A stretch of 64,000 nucleotides of DNA from the human T2T-CHM13v2.0 reference genome, Homo sapiens. Shown in pieces: positions 1 to 14,358 of the stretch (positions are counted from its first letter, which is position 1; every line of letters begins with the position of its first letter). The stretch is taken from assembly GCF_009914755.1 (NCBI RefSeq), contig NC_060927.1. The stretch is one strand, 5' to 3'. The position numbers and the translations under genes were made by a program. The notes below the pieces were generated by a model. The model had not been told where the DNA came from. It saw nothing but the letters and a program-made list of their open reading frames with translations, and made no database searches.

Positions 1-259
1 GATTCTTATGTCTTATTGATATATTTATTTTAATTACCTGCAAGACCTAATTACCCAAAGTAGCAGTAAAGCGAAAACTCTATAAAGGTTTTCTCAAACT
101 CTGTGAAGTGTATCAGACCCTGTGAGGTGTACCCAGCCCAAAGGAAACATTTCATTAGCAAGTGCATACCAAAAGAGATATACCAGGTTTTATGTTGGAC
201 CTCATTAAAATATTTGAATTAGTGGGTCACTATGGTTAATATATTTGAGGAAAAAGAGT

Positions 260-640
260 CACTTTCACCTCCTTGGTAGGAGTATATTTGGGAATTTTGT
301 ATCTACAAAAATTAAAAATATGTAAACTGTTTGTTCCAGAAATTTTGACTCTAGTAATTTAGTATAGGAATATACTCAATGAATTATGCTAAGATATAAA
401 TTTCTTACAGTGCTGTTTAGAAGACAAAAATAACTAAAATCTGAACCAAACTGGAAACAACCCAAATTCTCTTAAAAAAAGTTGATTTTATAAATTATAA
501 TTCATCCATACATTGATATTCTTAGCAGTCATTTAAAATCTATTTAAAAAGTTAAATAGATTTCATTCTACAGACCAGTAACTGACAAAAGCAAGTTGCC
601 AAAAATATAACATAATCATACTTTATTTTACTACATATTC
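260..640 (+). mobile_element. Degraded L1ME-type LINE 3' fragment
   Basis: Motifs such as 'ctggaaacaacccaaat' and 'tataaattataattcatccatac' resemble the old L1 3' end; boundaries approximate. Confidence 0.5.
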
Positions 641-939
641 AAAGAAGTCTTAAAATACAAGGGATCAATATTATTTATAAAATTTTACACCTTAACCAAC
701 CTTTCTCTTTTCTTGATCCTATTATTATTAGAAAAAAAATAAAAATAAGAAATGTTTCTTTCATCACAATAAGAAAGAGCCAAAAGAAACTTCTGGGACG
801 TAATGATAAATCATATTCTAATTCTTTCTTTCTTCCCTCACTAATGTTTTATATGACTTAAAACCAGAAGGGGCAATTGCAAGATAGTAAAACCATTTAT
901 TTAACATTCCAACTTCACTATTATTGTTGCCTTATCAAC

Positions 940-1170
940 TTTTCTTTATGTTGCTTTATAATAGTTATCACAGCCTGAACTTATTCATTGTTTCCATTTG
1001 TTTCTTTGTGTCTTCGTTATTGTCTGTTTACTCTGTCCTCCAAAAACTTGCTGAAGTGTAAGTTGCATGAGGCCGGAGCTTTGTTTTTTCTGTTGTTTAG
1101 TATATTATCTTAACGTCAAAGAGCAATATCCTTTATGAATGAGTGAATCAATAAATATTTATTAATTGAA
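940..1170 (+). mobile_element. L2 LINE 3' end fragment
   Basis: 'gtaagttgcatgaggccggagctttg...gaatgagtgaatcaataaatattt' matches the L2 tail pattern. Confidence 0.5.
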
Positions 1171-2669
1171 AGAATAAATACTTTTCCAAATTAATGAATT
1201 ATAAACTTGGAGTTTGTACCTCTTCTCTTGTATTGTCACCCTAGTCGTGACAATCATATTAAGATCTAGTCTAATATTTTACCAAAAAATGTGTGCAAAA
1301 GTTCAAAAATCATAAAAGTACAATTAATTTTTATTAAATCAGAGAATATGTTTTTTTCATTATTTGTATTTAAAGACATGTATACCTTTTATTCTAACAA
1401 TACATTCAGCAAATTTAGCATTATACCAGTGACTGGCTTCAATTAAAATACAAGTTTCAATACGTGTTTGGTCTGTATAATTTGGGGAAAGAGTTTCTGG
1501 AGTGGTGTTTTGTCTTGTTCTAACTGAAAAATAATTCTGCATAAAAATTATTTGCTTGCATACTGAACATGTTGAAGTTTTTCAGATTGGGTACTTAACC
1601 CAAAAATTGAATGTGTGCTGGGGCATTACCTTGCACTTTCTTCTGTGAGCCTCATAGTAACTTTGATTTCGTTGTTAGGGTAAGAAAAAAAAATGGAAAT
1701 AAGTCAAGGACTCTTTGTGTTGGGAAAAAGAATCATTCCTGTAATTTCACAAAAGTTGGTGCTTTCTTATGAAGATGATGTGATTAAAATAGAAAGATGA
1801 TTGAATATGTCTTGGGAAATAAAGTGGGTTGGTGTGTTAAATATTCTTTTGAGTGCCTTTTAAAAGTGAAAAGGTACTTAAAAAATAAAATATAGTACTT
1901 TGAAAATAAGAATGTAACTTATAAGAAAGATGCTTAACCTTGGATTCAATAATTACTTTTGAAGATTTGCTATTCATTTGAAGAAGTCTGTCTATTATAT
2001 AACACATCAATGAAAGAGAAGAATAAAAACCACTTGTGATTTGTTTGTGTGTTTAGACCATGATGTAAATTGATCCAACAAATTAAGCATCACATTTGGA
2101 TCTATCTATTACTGTGGGTCCAAAGTACAGTAATTGAATATTACCAAAATTTGTATCCCTCAAGAAAAACTACTTGGCTCTAAAACTCTATTTAACACAA
2201 ATATGTAATAAAATCTAGAAACATTTAAAAATACTTGAAAGAATAGCATACTCATTTTAAATATTGACTTTTTTTCTTATTTGCACAGCACCATTGTCTA
2301 AGCTGGATAGCTGAGAAATACTGACTATAGAAAGATTTTTATGATTGACCAAATGGTAGGTTTTTCTATCAACTCTATCTAGCATTGTGTTCAGGGCTCT
2401 CCTTTAATAGGTGGTTGTATGATTGATGCCCATAAAATCTAAGTAACAATAGAAAGTCTTCTCTGGAAAAAAAAAATCAACTTATGATTAACCGAAGATC
2501 AAGAATATAGGCAAAGAAGCTGTGGAGATGGATGGTGAAGACAAGTTATCACCCTTTCCTCTGGATTTGGTGGCCAGATATCTTTGCCAGGAGGTAGTAA
2601 CATCTCATCAATGATTTATAATTAAAAAAGCTAATTGAAGGAAGAAATTTTAAATGTCAACAATATGCT

Positions 2670-3125
2670 GTATGCAGTTTGTAGCAGTCACAGAACCACA
2701 GCCCTTCAATCTCTCATCAAGGAATATCTTGCTCTCCACCTGCAAGGAGTGTAATTACCTACTGCCTCCAGCTCTTGGAACCTTCAAGATTCACCTCAGC
2801 TTTTCTGATGGAACTAAAATCTTTCTGGACAGTCCCCAGGCAATAACTGAGCATGTCAGTGATAACAGGTCCAATCTCATTCAACTCAATATAGGACCTC
2901 TCTGCCTGGCATTCCTTATTGTTCACAAATGGACTGGCCAAGACGTTGCCATATCTGCATCAGAGTTGGAGCCTTCCCATGCCCAATCCTGCTTTCCCTT
3001 CCCATTCTTTTCACAGGTGTCAGATCTATATCATGGTCTGAAGACTTTCCCTATTTAATCCTACTTTCTCTCCCGTTTGTCTTTCATAAGCATTGCCTGT
3101 CCCAGTGAACCTTGCACTCTTAATT
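2670..3125 (+). mobile_element. ERVL LTR, LTR16-family-like
   Basis: 'gcccaatcctgctttcccttcccattcttttcacaggtgt...aaccttgcactcttaa' resembles the LTR16 3' half; explains ORF 2654-3058. Confidence 0.6.
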
Positions 3126-3389
3126 TAGAAACAGATCTCATTATCTGTTTCTCACTTTAAAAATGTAAATTTGCATACATGTAATTTTCTTTGAGGCCAT
3201 TGCATACTGTGCTGGTTAATTAAGTAAAAAGCTTGATCACCTGAAAGCTATGTCCTTTTTGCCTTGCCACAAGGCTCCAGGCAGTTACTGTATGTTATTG
3301 GCTAGTATTTGGGCTTTAAACATCTATACAGTGATGTAGTATTCAAACATTTGAGCTGTTCTCTGTCATTTGTACCCCACGTAGCCTAA

Positions 3390-3520
3390 ATCAGTGGTTA
3401 CCTCTCCTGGCTTCTAGCAGAATCACTTGGATGACTTTTTCAAAAGACTGATGCCAAAACTCCAGGTCAGGTTACAGTCAGGCTTGCGAAGCAGTAACAT
3501 ATACTCAATGTTGAGAAAAT
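3390..3520. mobile_element. MER5-type hAT DNA transposon fragment
   Basis: 'cagtggtt...agaatcacttgga...actgatgcc' pattern. Confidence 0.45.
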
Positions 3521-4009
3521 AGATTCCTTTGTCCTTATTTCCAAAGTCCACATTGTGATCCCAGCCCTAGAGTTTCACCACCTTCTAACACTAAGATCCA
3601 TGGAAAGGCAAACACAGAAGAAAGCATTTGCTTCCATCTTTGTTCATTTATACTGTCCTGAATAAAAACTTCACATTCTCTAACTGAGACTTGATTTTGG
3701 TATTCCCAATTTGTACATTCTTGACCCATATCAGAAGTTCCAATAAGTAGAGACCTTAAGCTCCTCCAGAGGGGAAACTATGCCACTAATAATGCTGATC
3801 AGAAGCCAGGAAACATAACATAACCTTTGGAAAAATTGATTTCTCCAAATCATCATAGACTTTTCTTGTTATTAAAGAGCTAAAAAACAGAACTGTTTTT
3901 TTCTTGTTGTGTTTACATCACTCATGATGTTGTGTTTAATTCTCAGTCTTTCCTTTTATTTGGTTTTGTTTTTCTATTTTTAGTTTACACTTGTGCTTTC
4001 ATAAGTTAA

Positions 4010-4155
4010 CTCTCTGTTGCCCAGGCTGGAGCGCAGTTGCACGCACATGGCTGACTACTGCCTCGACCTCCCAGGCTCGAGCAATCCTCCCACCTTAACC
4101 TTCCAAATAGGTGGAACTACAGGCACTGGCCACCATGCCCGGCTAATTTTTGTAT
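4010..4155 (-). mobile_element. AluJ/FRAM partial (single arm)
   Basis: 'ctctgttgcccaggctggag...gcaatcctcccacc...ccaccatgcccggctaattttt' with AluJ-type diagnostics. Confidence 0.85.
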
Positions 4156-5119
4156 GTCCTCAAGCCACTTTTAATTAAACAATAATAAATTGAAAAGACA
4201 AGGTGTGACTGCCAGCACAAATTAAGATGACCTAGTATTCAGAATCTCTCCTCAAGCCATCGCCTCCAGGGAGGCCTGCCTTAGCTTTGCTTACTACTTA
4301 TTAATGTACCCATTAATATCAGCACATTTACAGACTTAATGACACCACAATGCTTGTGTAGTTTAATTACAAGCAAGAAATCTGTGTCTTAATACATAAA
4401 AGACATTTATAGCAATGGATGATAATGGATGTTTATTAGCATATCAACAATTAAAAATTATTTGCCACTTACTCTTTCTTCAAGTTTATAAGGTATAATT
4501 TCCATGCTAATTTTATATTAGAAAGAAGAGTTGACAAACTGCTATTAGAATACAGGGATTATAGTGATTGTTCTATTTTATTAATGCAATTTTATTAAAC
4601 AATAATGCAGTGAAAAGGAATAATTTAAGAGGGACTAAAGCAGGCATTTTTACAAAACATACTGCCTCTGCAATTTTTGCATAGTTTTGATATAATGAAA
4701 CATCACACAAACATAAATATGAGAAATAAACTTCAGAGGAAATAAATATCTACCTCCAGCTATTACATTTCATTTAGATGGATTAGTTGAGTATGGTATA
4801 TTAAACAGATACACAATTTCCTATCTCTAGAGATTCAATATGGTTTTCTGACAATTTATATTTGATTAACAGTAATACCAACTACAGAGATTTAATTGGC
4901 ATTTTATTGAGCCAAAGTAAGTAATATTTTTTGTAAAATGCTGCAAGTATTTTTTTCACCTAATGAATACAAGCCCCAAAATACTGCCGACTTATTGGTA
5001 GCTAAATTCGTTTGACTTAATACACCACTTGCTGTGTAAGCAATAACTTGTTCAGCTAGGCCCAAGTTAAGATGTAGGATAAAAATCACAGAGAACAGTG
5101 AATGGACTGAAACAGAATG

Positions 5120-5290
5120 CAGGCTTTCTGTTTTTGGCCCAAACAGTATTTTTAAATAATTGTAATTAGCTAATTTAAAAGCTGATAAATTTCACATTAA
5201 AGTCATCCAGAATCTGGCTTTTCTTGAAAAAGCAAAATATTTCCAAATGCTACTCCCACATTCACCCAAGGAAACAGAATGAAGCCAATC
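5120..5290. mobile_element. Charlie4-like hAT fragment
   Basis: 'atttcacattaaagtcatccagaatctggcttttcttgaaaa' resembles the Charlie4z consensus. Confidence 0.5.
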
Positions 5291-5988
5291 ATACCTATTT
5301 TTTTTCCAAAATGATAAAACAAGGTATTCTGTTTATAGAGTCAGAAAAGATTTATAGAGAGGCCAGGTGTCTGCTTAAGGAAAAATCCATCCAAAATATG
5401 GCAAACAATTGTGCTATTTCTAACAAAAATATTTTGCTTCCTTGAAGAATTTTTGTTTGGATGCCTGCAGCCATTTATCTTATCCTGCCTCCTTTTCTCT
5501 GGCAGCTAGCAAACACAAAGTCAAGATGAGCTTCTGAAATTCTGCCCAAATCTGCTCTTCTCAAATTCTTTCCTAAACCAATAAACAGCATTGTTTTTCT
5601 TCTGGCTGCTTAAATGACAAACTTAGGGTCATTTTGGATACTCTTTTTCTATCATGATTTTTTTTTGTTAATTTTAATAATATATTGACAGTTGTACATA
5701 TTATGGAGTACCAAGTGTTGTTACAATTTTTTAACAAAATTTGGAATAATTAAAGTGATTAACATATCTAACACATCAAAGTTTAGCTCTTTTTGTGATG
5801 AGAATATTAGAAATTTGCTGTCTTAGTGATATTGAATTGTACCATAATCAATTATTAGCTATATTCAACACGCTATGCTATAGATGTAAAAAGAAAAATC
5901 AAACTTATTCCTCCTTTCTAAATGAGGCTTTGTACTTTTTGATGATCATCTCTCCATTCTCTCCACCTCTAAGCCTCTGATAACCACC

Positions 5989-6351
5989 TGATATGGTTTG
6001 GCTGTGTCCCCACCCAAATCTCATCTTGAATTGTAGCACCCATAATTCCCACATGTCATGGGAGGGATCTGGTGGGAGGTAATCGAATCACAGGGGTGGG
6101 TCTTTCCCTTGCTGTTCTCATGATACTGACTAAGTTTCATGAGATCTGATGCTTTTATAAAAGGGAATTCCTCTACACTAGCTTTTTGCCTGCCACCATG
6201 TAAGACATGACTTTGTCCCTCATTTGCCTTCCAACATGATTGTGAGGCTTCCCCAGCCATGTGGAACTGTGAGTCAATTAAACTTCTTTCCTTTATAAAT
6301 TATCCAGTCTTAGGTATGTCTTTATTAGCAGCATGAGAGCAAACTAATACA
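5989..6351 (+). mobile_element. THE1B solo LTR (ERVL-MaLR)
   Basis: Begins TGATATGGTTTGGCTGTGTCCCCACCCAAATCTC and ends ACTAATACA; 363 bp; 5-bp TSD ccacc/ccatc. Confidence 0.93.
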
Positions 6352-8145
6352 CCATCATTCTATTCTCTGCTTTTATGGGTTCAGTTGGTTTAGATTCCAC
6401 ATGTAAATGACAATGTGCATTATTTGTCTTTCTGTGTTTTGCTCATTTCACTTAGCATAATGTTCTTGAATTTCAACCATATTGTATAAATTATAGAATT
6501 TCTCCTTTTTAAAGGCTGAATAGTATTCTGTGGTATATATATGCCACATTTTCTTTATCAATTCATCTCTCGATGGAAACTTAGGTTGATTTGATAACTT
6601 GGCAACTGTGAATAGCACTGCAATGAACATGGGAGTGCAGACATTCCTTCAACATGGTGATTTCAAATCTTTGGGGTAAATGTCCAGAATGGGATTGCTG
6701 GTTGATATGGTAATTCTATGTCTAGTATTTTGAACTGTATTCCATAATAACTTTAGTAACTTGCATTCCCACCAAGAGTAAGGGCTGCATTTTCACTATA
6801 TCCTTGCCAACACCCACTGTCTTTCGCCTTTTTGATTATAGCCATTATAATAATGTGAGATGGTATCTCATTGTGGTTCTAATTTGCATCTCCCTAAGGA
6901 TTAGTGAGATTAAGCATTATTTCATGTATCTGTTAGCCACTCTGTTGTTTAATTTCCATGTATGTTTTAATTTTCTGAAGTTTCTGGTTTTATTGATTTC
7001 TAGTTTTATAATACTGTAGTTAAAAAAGGTATTTGATATAATTTACATTTTCTTAAATTTGCTAAGATTTGTCTCATGGTATAATAAATATAATCTATCC
7101 TGAGGAGTGTGGCATGTGCACTTAAGAAGAATGTGTATGCTGTTGCTTTTGAATAGGATGCTCTATATATGTCTATTAGTTCCATTTGTTCTAATGGCTG
7201 GAAGTGTTTTGCCTACAGCATTTTGAATACATCATTCCACTCTTTCCTGAATTACAGGGTTTTTGCTGGGAAGTCCATTGATAGTGGTATTGGTACTCTT
7301 TTGTGTGATGTATTTCTTCTTTCTCTTTGCTCTCAGAATTTCCCTTTGTCTTTGCTCTTTAAGAGTTTGATCATTATGTGTGGTGAGCTTCCTTAGGGTG
7401 AATTTGACTGAAGATCTCTGAACTTTCTGTGCCTGGGTGTTGTCTTATTTCCTCAAATTAGGGAAGTTTTCAGCCATTATTTCTTTAAATATCTTTTTAG
7501 AACTTTTTTTTCTTCTTTAACTCCTATTAAGTGTAGGTTAGGTGTCTTGATTGTGTCCCATAATTCCTGTAAGCTTTCTTCATTCTTTTTCATTCTTTCT
7601 TCTTGTTGTTGCTCTGATTGGGTGATTTCAAATATTCTGTCTTCAAGCTTATTGATTATTTCCTTTTATGTTCTAGTTTGATTTTAATTAACAAATAATA
7701 ATTGTACATATATAGAGGGATCACTGTGATGTTTTGATACTTGTGCACATTGTGTAAATATTAAATGAGGATATTTAGTAGAAACATTACCTCAAACATT
7801 TATCATTTCCTTGTGGTGAGAACATTCAAAACCCTTTCTTCTAGTTATCTTGAAATATATAATACAATATTGTTAACTCTACTCACCTTTCTGGGCAATA
7901 AAACGGCAGAACTTCTTCCTCCTATGTAACTGTAATTTTGTACCTGTTCACTAATCTCTTTCCATCTGCCCTTCCCCCTACAATCTCCAGCCTCTGGTAA
8001 CTACCATTCTACTCTGTACTTCCAGGAGATCATCTTTTTTAGATTCCACAAATGAGCGGATTCATGCAGTATTTGTCTTTGTTGGCTGGTTTATTCCACT
8101 TAATGTAACGTCTTCCAGGTTTATCCATGTTGCCACGAATAACAG

Positions 8146-8745
8146 TGTTGCAACTTTTTTTGCTCCCATAGCTCGGCAAGTAGGAGGGAGTGGTGCCCAG
8201 CAGCTTCTTCACTCTGGCAGCTCAGTGAGCAGGAGAGCATTTTACAGCTCTCTCACCACCCGCAGCTTGGCAAGCGGGAGTGTTACAGTTCTTTCACTCC
8301 CACAGTTTGGCGAGTTCTAGGTTCTTGTCACGCAACCAAGAGGAATAAGGTACTTGGACACCAGAGAGTGAGTAAGGCAGAGTAGAATTTTATTGAGAGA
8401 CAGAAGGAAAGCTCTCAGCAGCAAGACAGGGTTTGAAATTGTATTCCCATCTGTGAGGCTGAGTCCAGTGTTTTCATGGGCTTAGAATAGGGGAATGTGT
8501 TCTGATTGGTCTATGGGTGGGCTTGGAAAAGGTACCATTTGATTGGTTAAAAGGCATGATTCACAAGGAACCAATAGAGAGAAAGTTGGTGAGACGGGGT
8601 TGGAAGTTCTCACTCCAGTCGTGGATTCTATCCAAAACTTGCAGCTTGGTTTTCAGGCTTTCGACTGTCCTTGGCCTGAAGGTCGAGTTTCACCAGGGAC
8701 CCATCCCTGTCTGCCTAGGAATTTGTCTGTCTCCTGTCGCTATCA
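8146..8745 (-). mobile_element. ERV1 solo LTR, LTR27/LTR28-like
   Basis: TG...CA termini; reverse complement starts TGATAGCGACAGGAGACAG; CCAAT boxes; 4-bp TSD acag/acat; L1 sequence is continuous across it. Confidence 0.8.
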
Positions 8746-10589
8746 ACATGATTTTATTTTTTATGGCTAAATAGTATTTTATTGTATATACATACAATAT
8801 TTTCTTTATTGATTTATCCATTGATGAACCTATAGGTTGATCCTGTATCTTGGCTGTTGTGAATAGTACTGCCATAAACATGGGAGTCCAGATAGCACTT
8901 CAACATACTGATTTTCTTACTTTTGTATGAATATCCACTAGTGAGATTGCCGGATCATTTGGTAGTTCTACTTTTATTTTTTGAGAAACCTCCATACCTT
9001 TTCTATAATGCTGGTATTAGTTTACATTCCCACCAACAATGTATAAAGGTTCCAATATCTGTAAATGCAAATCAGCCTTTTTTTTCCTTGTCTTTTTGAT
9101 GGTACCCATTGTAATTGGGGTGAGGTAATATCTCATTGTGGTTTTGATTTGCATTTCTGTGATGATTAGCAATGTTGATCCTTTTTTCATATACCTGTTG
9201 GCCATTTGTATGTTTTCTTTTGAGAAATGTCCATTCAGGACTTTTGTTTATGTTCTAATTGGATTATTTGGTTTTGGGCTATTAAGTTGTTTGAGTCTCT
9301 CATATATTCTGGACATGAACTGCTTGTCAGATGCATAGTTTGCTCATATTTTCTCCCATTCTATAGGTTGTCTCTTTACTGTTTATTCCTTTATTGTGCA
9401 AAAGCTATTTAGTTTGATATAATCCCACTTGTCTATTTTGCCTTAGTTGCTTATGCTTTTGTTTTCTTATCTTAAAAAATCCTTGCCCAGAACAATGTAA
9501 TGAAGATTTTACCCTATGTTTTCTTTTAGTAGTTTTATAGTTTCAAATCTTACATTTAAGTCTTTACTCCATTTTGAGTTGATTTTTTAATACACTGAGA
9601 GATAGGAACCTAGCTTCATTCTGCATGGGGATATCAAGCTTCTTGCCATCATTTATTGAAGAGACTGTTCTTTCCTTAACATATGTTGTTGGGGCATTTG
9701 TCAAAATCAGTTGGCTATAACTGTGTGGATTTATTTCTGTGTTGTCTATCTGTTCCATTTGTCTATGTGTCTATTTTTATGCCAATACCATGTTGTTTGG
9801 TAGCTATAGCTTTAGCTGTAGCTTTGCAGTATGTTTTGAAGTCAGATAGTATGATGTCCCAGCTTTGTTCTTTTTGCTCAAGATGGCTTTGGCTATTCAG
9901 GGTCTTTTGTAATTCCACACATTGATTTTCTTTATTATTTTATATTTGAGAACAGTGTTATTGGTACTTTGATAGGGATTACCATGAATCTATAAATTGC
10001 TTTAGTATATATTTTAGCAATATTAATTCTTCCAATTCATGAACACAGATTATCCTTTTATTTTTGTCTTTTTCAACTTATTTTATCAATGTTTTATAAT
10101 TTTTATTGTAAATTTTTTTTTCCTTCTCAGTTAAATTTATTAGGTTTTTAAATTTTGTTTGTTGCTATCGTAAATTGGATTGCTTTCTTGATTTCTTTTT
10201 CAGATAGGTTGCTATTGATATACAGAAATGACACTGATTTTTATGTTGATTTTGTACCCTAAAACTACACTAAATTTATTTGTTAGTTCTAACAGTTTTT
10301 TAGTGGGGTCTTTAGAATTTTCTACATATGAATACAATATCATGCTATCTGCAAACAAGGAAAATTTGACTTTCTCCTTTCCAATTTGGATGCCTTTATT
10401 TCTTTCCCTTTCCTAATTACTTTGTCTAGAACTTCCAGTGCTATAATGAATAGGAGGGTGTGTGTGTTGGGGGGCTGGTGAAGTGGGAATCCTTGTCTTG
10501 TCCAGATCTTAGCAGAAATGTTTTCAACTCCTCCTTATCTAGTATGATATTATATATGGCTTTGCCATATATGGCCTTTATTGTATTGA

Positions 10590-10907
<318 letters not shown>

Positions 10908-13900
10908 GAGGTATGTTCCTTTTATACCTAATCTGTTGAGATTTTTTATCATAAAAGATTTATAAAATCCTTTTTCTGTGTTTATTGAAGTGATCACACA
11001 GTTTTTGTCCTTGATTCTGTTTATGTGATATGTCATGTTTATTGATTTGCGTATATAAAATTGAATCATCTTTGTGTCCCTGCGATAAATCCTGCTGGAT
11101 CATGGTAAATTATCTTTTATATGTATTGCTGAATTTGGTTTGCTAGTATTTTGTTGAGGTCTGTGGTTTTCTGTTTTTGTTGTGTCCTTGTCTGGTTTTG
11201 GTATCAGGGTGATGTTGGCTTAGCAGAATGAGTTTAGAAGAATTCCTTTCTCTTCAATTTTTTGGAATAATTATCAAAGTATTGTTATAAGTTCTTTAAA
11301 TGTTTGGTGAAATTTAGCAGTAAGGTGAAGAAAAGCCCTTGAGGTCCTGGACTTTTCTTTGATAGGAGATTTTTTATTACTGATTAGATGTCATTACTCA
11401 TTATTGATCTATTCATATTTTCTATTTATTAAAGACTTAATTTTGGTAGGTTTTACGTGTCCAGGAATTTATTTATTTTTTCTAAGTTTGGCTCTTTATT
11501 GGTGTATAGTTGTTCATTCTATTCTTTTATGATCCTTTATATTTCTGTGATGTCAATGTAACATTTCCTTCTCCATCTATAATTTTGCTTATTTTAATCT
11601 TTCTCTTTTCTTCTTGGTCTTGCCAAAAGTTTGCCTATTTTGTTTATGTTTTTTAAAAAACAACTTTATGTCTCATAGACCTTTTGTATATCTTCTTTTC
11701 TTTCATTTTTCTTGTTTACCTTTGTAGCTTGACAGTTTTCTGTAGTAATGACATTTGATTCATTTTCATTTGTGTATCTGCTGTAATTTTTTAGTGTGTG
11801 CACATGTGTGGTTGCTCTGGGGCTTACATTAAATATTATGGCTATAAAAATGTATTTTGGTTGATAGCAACTTAACACTGGTCATTGACAAACATTCTAG
11901 ACTTCTACCCTAGCCCTCATACAATTTGAATTTTTTTGCCTTACTTTACATATTTTATATTGTATATTCCTTAACAACATATTGTAGTTATTGTTAGCAT
12001 TGTCCACTTTGATTTTTAACTTTCACACTACACATTTGAAAGATTATATACCACCATTAGAATAATGCAGTAGTCTGAATTTGATTATGAGTTTACCTCT
12101 ACCAATGAGTTTTATACTTTTATATGGTTTATGGTAGTAATTAACATCCTTTTACTTCCAGCTGAAGCACTCCCTTAGCATTTCTTATAAGACTGGTCTT
12201 GTGATGATAAATTTCCTCAGGTTTTACTTGTCTGGGAAATATTTTATTACTCCTTCATTTTTTAAGGTTAGCTTTGGTGGGTATAGCATTCTTGGTGGAT
12301 TCTTTTTTTATTTTTTTTCTTTGAGCACTTTGAATATATCAGCCCATTCTTTTCTGGCCTGAAAGATTTCTGCTAAAAAATCTGCTGATAGTTTAATGAT
12401 AGTTTTCTTATATGTGACCAGGCACTGTTGGTGCTTTTAGAATTCTCTCTTTGTCTTTGACTTTTCACAGTTTGATTATAATGTGACTTGAAGAGGACAT
12501 CTTTTGGTTGAATCTAATTGAGGTTCTTTGAATTTCTCAGATCTGAATGTACTTATATCTCCCAAGACTTGTGAAGTTTTCATCTATTATTTCATTAAGT
12601 AAGCTTTCTGTACTTTTCTTTATTTCTTCTCCCTCTGGTATTCCCACAATGCAAAAATTTGTTTGTTAATGGCGTTGCACACACCTTGTAGGCTTTTTTA
12701 CTTTTTAAAATTCTTTTTTCCCCTTTGATTGTGTTATTTCAAAAGACCTGTCTTTAAGTTCAGAATTTCTGTCTTCTTCCTGATCTTATCTGCTGCTGAA
12801 GCTCTCAGTTGTATTTTTTATTTCATTCATTGAAGTCTTCAATTTTAAGATTTTTGTTTGACTTTTTAAATGATCTCTATTTGTTGAATTGTCTATTTGT
12901 ATTTTCTTGTATCTCACTGAATTTCCATAAGATTATTATCTTGCCGTCATTTTCAGGCAATTTGTAAATTTTCCCTTCTTTATGATTAATTACCTGAACA
13001 TAATTGTGCTCCCTTGTTGGCATCATGTTTCCTTGTTTTTTCATATTTTGTGTGTCCCTGCATTGATACCCATGTATTTTGTGGAGCAATTACCTCTTCC
13101 AATATTGGAAAATGGTCATTTAGGGAAACTTTTTCACCTGCAAATGTGTCCTAGGGTGTTGGTTGGATTTGATGCATTAGATTTGGTTCTAAGTAGGTGC
13201 AACAGGGTAGTCAATGAAGTTTCTTCAGCTGTAGTCAATGTCAGTGATGCTTGTGAATGTCTCAGTGGCCTAGACTGCAGGAGTTTGTGCAGCTGCTCCA
13301 ACAGGTCAGGTGCACCTCTCTGCTGAGGGTGGGTGTACCAGGTTGTTTTGTGTGCCTTGTGTTCATGGGGGCTACTTTTTTGGGATCTGGCATGGTCTCC
13401 CACTGGGGTCAGGGTGCTGGGCTGTTCCAGGTGCCACAGGTGTACAGGGACTGCTCCACTAGGGTCAGGTGCAGCCTCCCCACTGGGCAAGATTTCCTGT
13501 TCTTTTGGGGGCCAGGGAGCCACTTAGAGTCTGGTACCAGGATTATGGCTGTTCCACTTGGCCTAAGCTTTCTGTAGCCAAATCTGCAGAAAGCCAAATC
13601 ATTGCAGCCACTGAGATGAGAACAATGGAGTGCCTCCTGGGAGATTATTACCAGGGATAAAAGGCTGTAGCTGCTTAGCTGCAGAATGATGTGCTATTAT
13701 GCAGGTGAGTAGCGTAGTGGCAGTGGAGCCTCAGGGATGAGGACATGCAATGCCTATTGGCTCCTAGAGCAGTGGCTCTGGTCTCCAGATTTTACCTTAA
13801 AGTAGCTACTTGGATCATGGGCATACACAATATGGGGTTTTTTTGGGGGTAATGCAGCCATGTGAACTTCAGTCAGTTCGCTAGCCTGGGCTCAGAGCCT

Positions 13901-13938
13901 GTGAGTGCTTAAGAGTTCTCTAGCAGCAAAGACTGTAA

Positions 13939-14358
<420 letters not shown>

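Noticed and set aside
2654-3058. 134-aa ORF, the longest in the window
   Set aside because: Lies within an LTR16-like element; no recognisable domain or exon structure
12982-13660. Cluster of overlapping 60-129 aa ORFs
   Set aside because: Higher GC of the L1 5'UTR lowers stop frequency; no protein family resemblance
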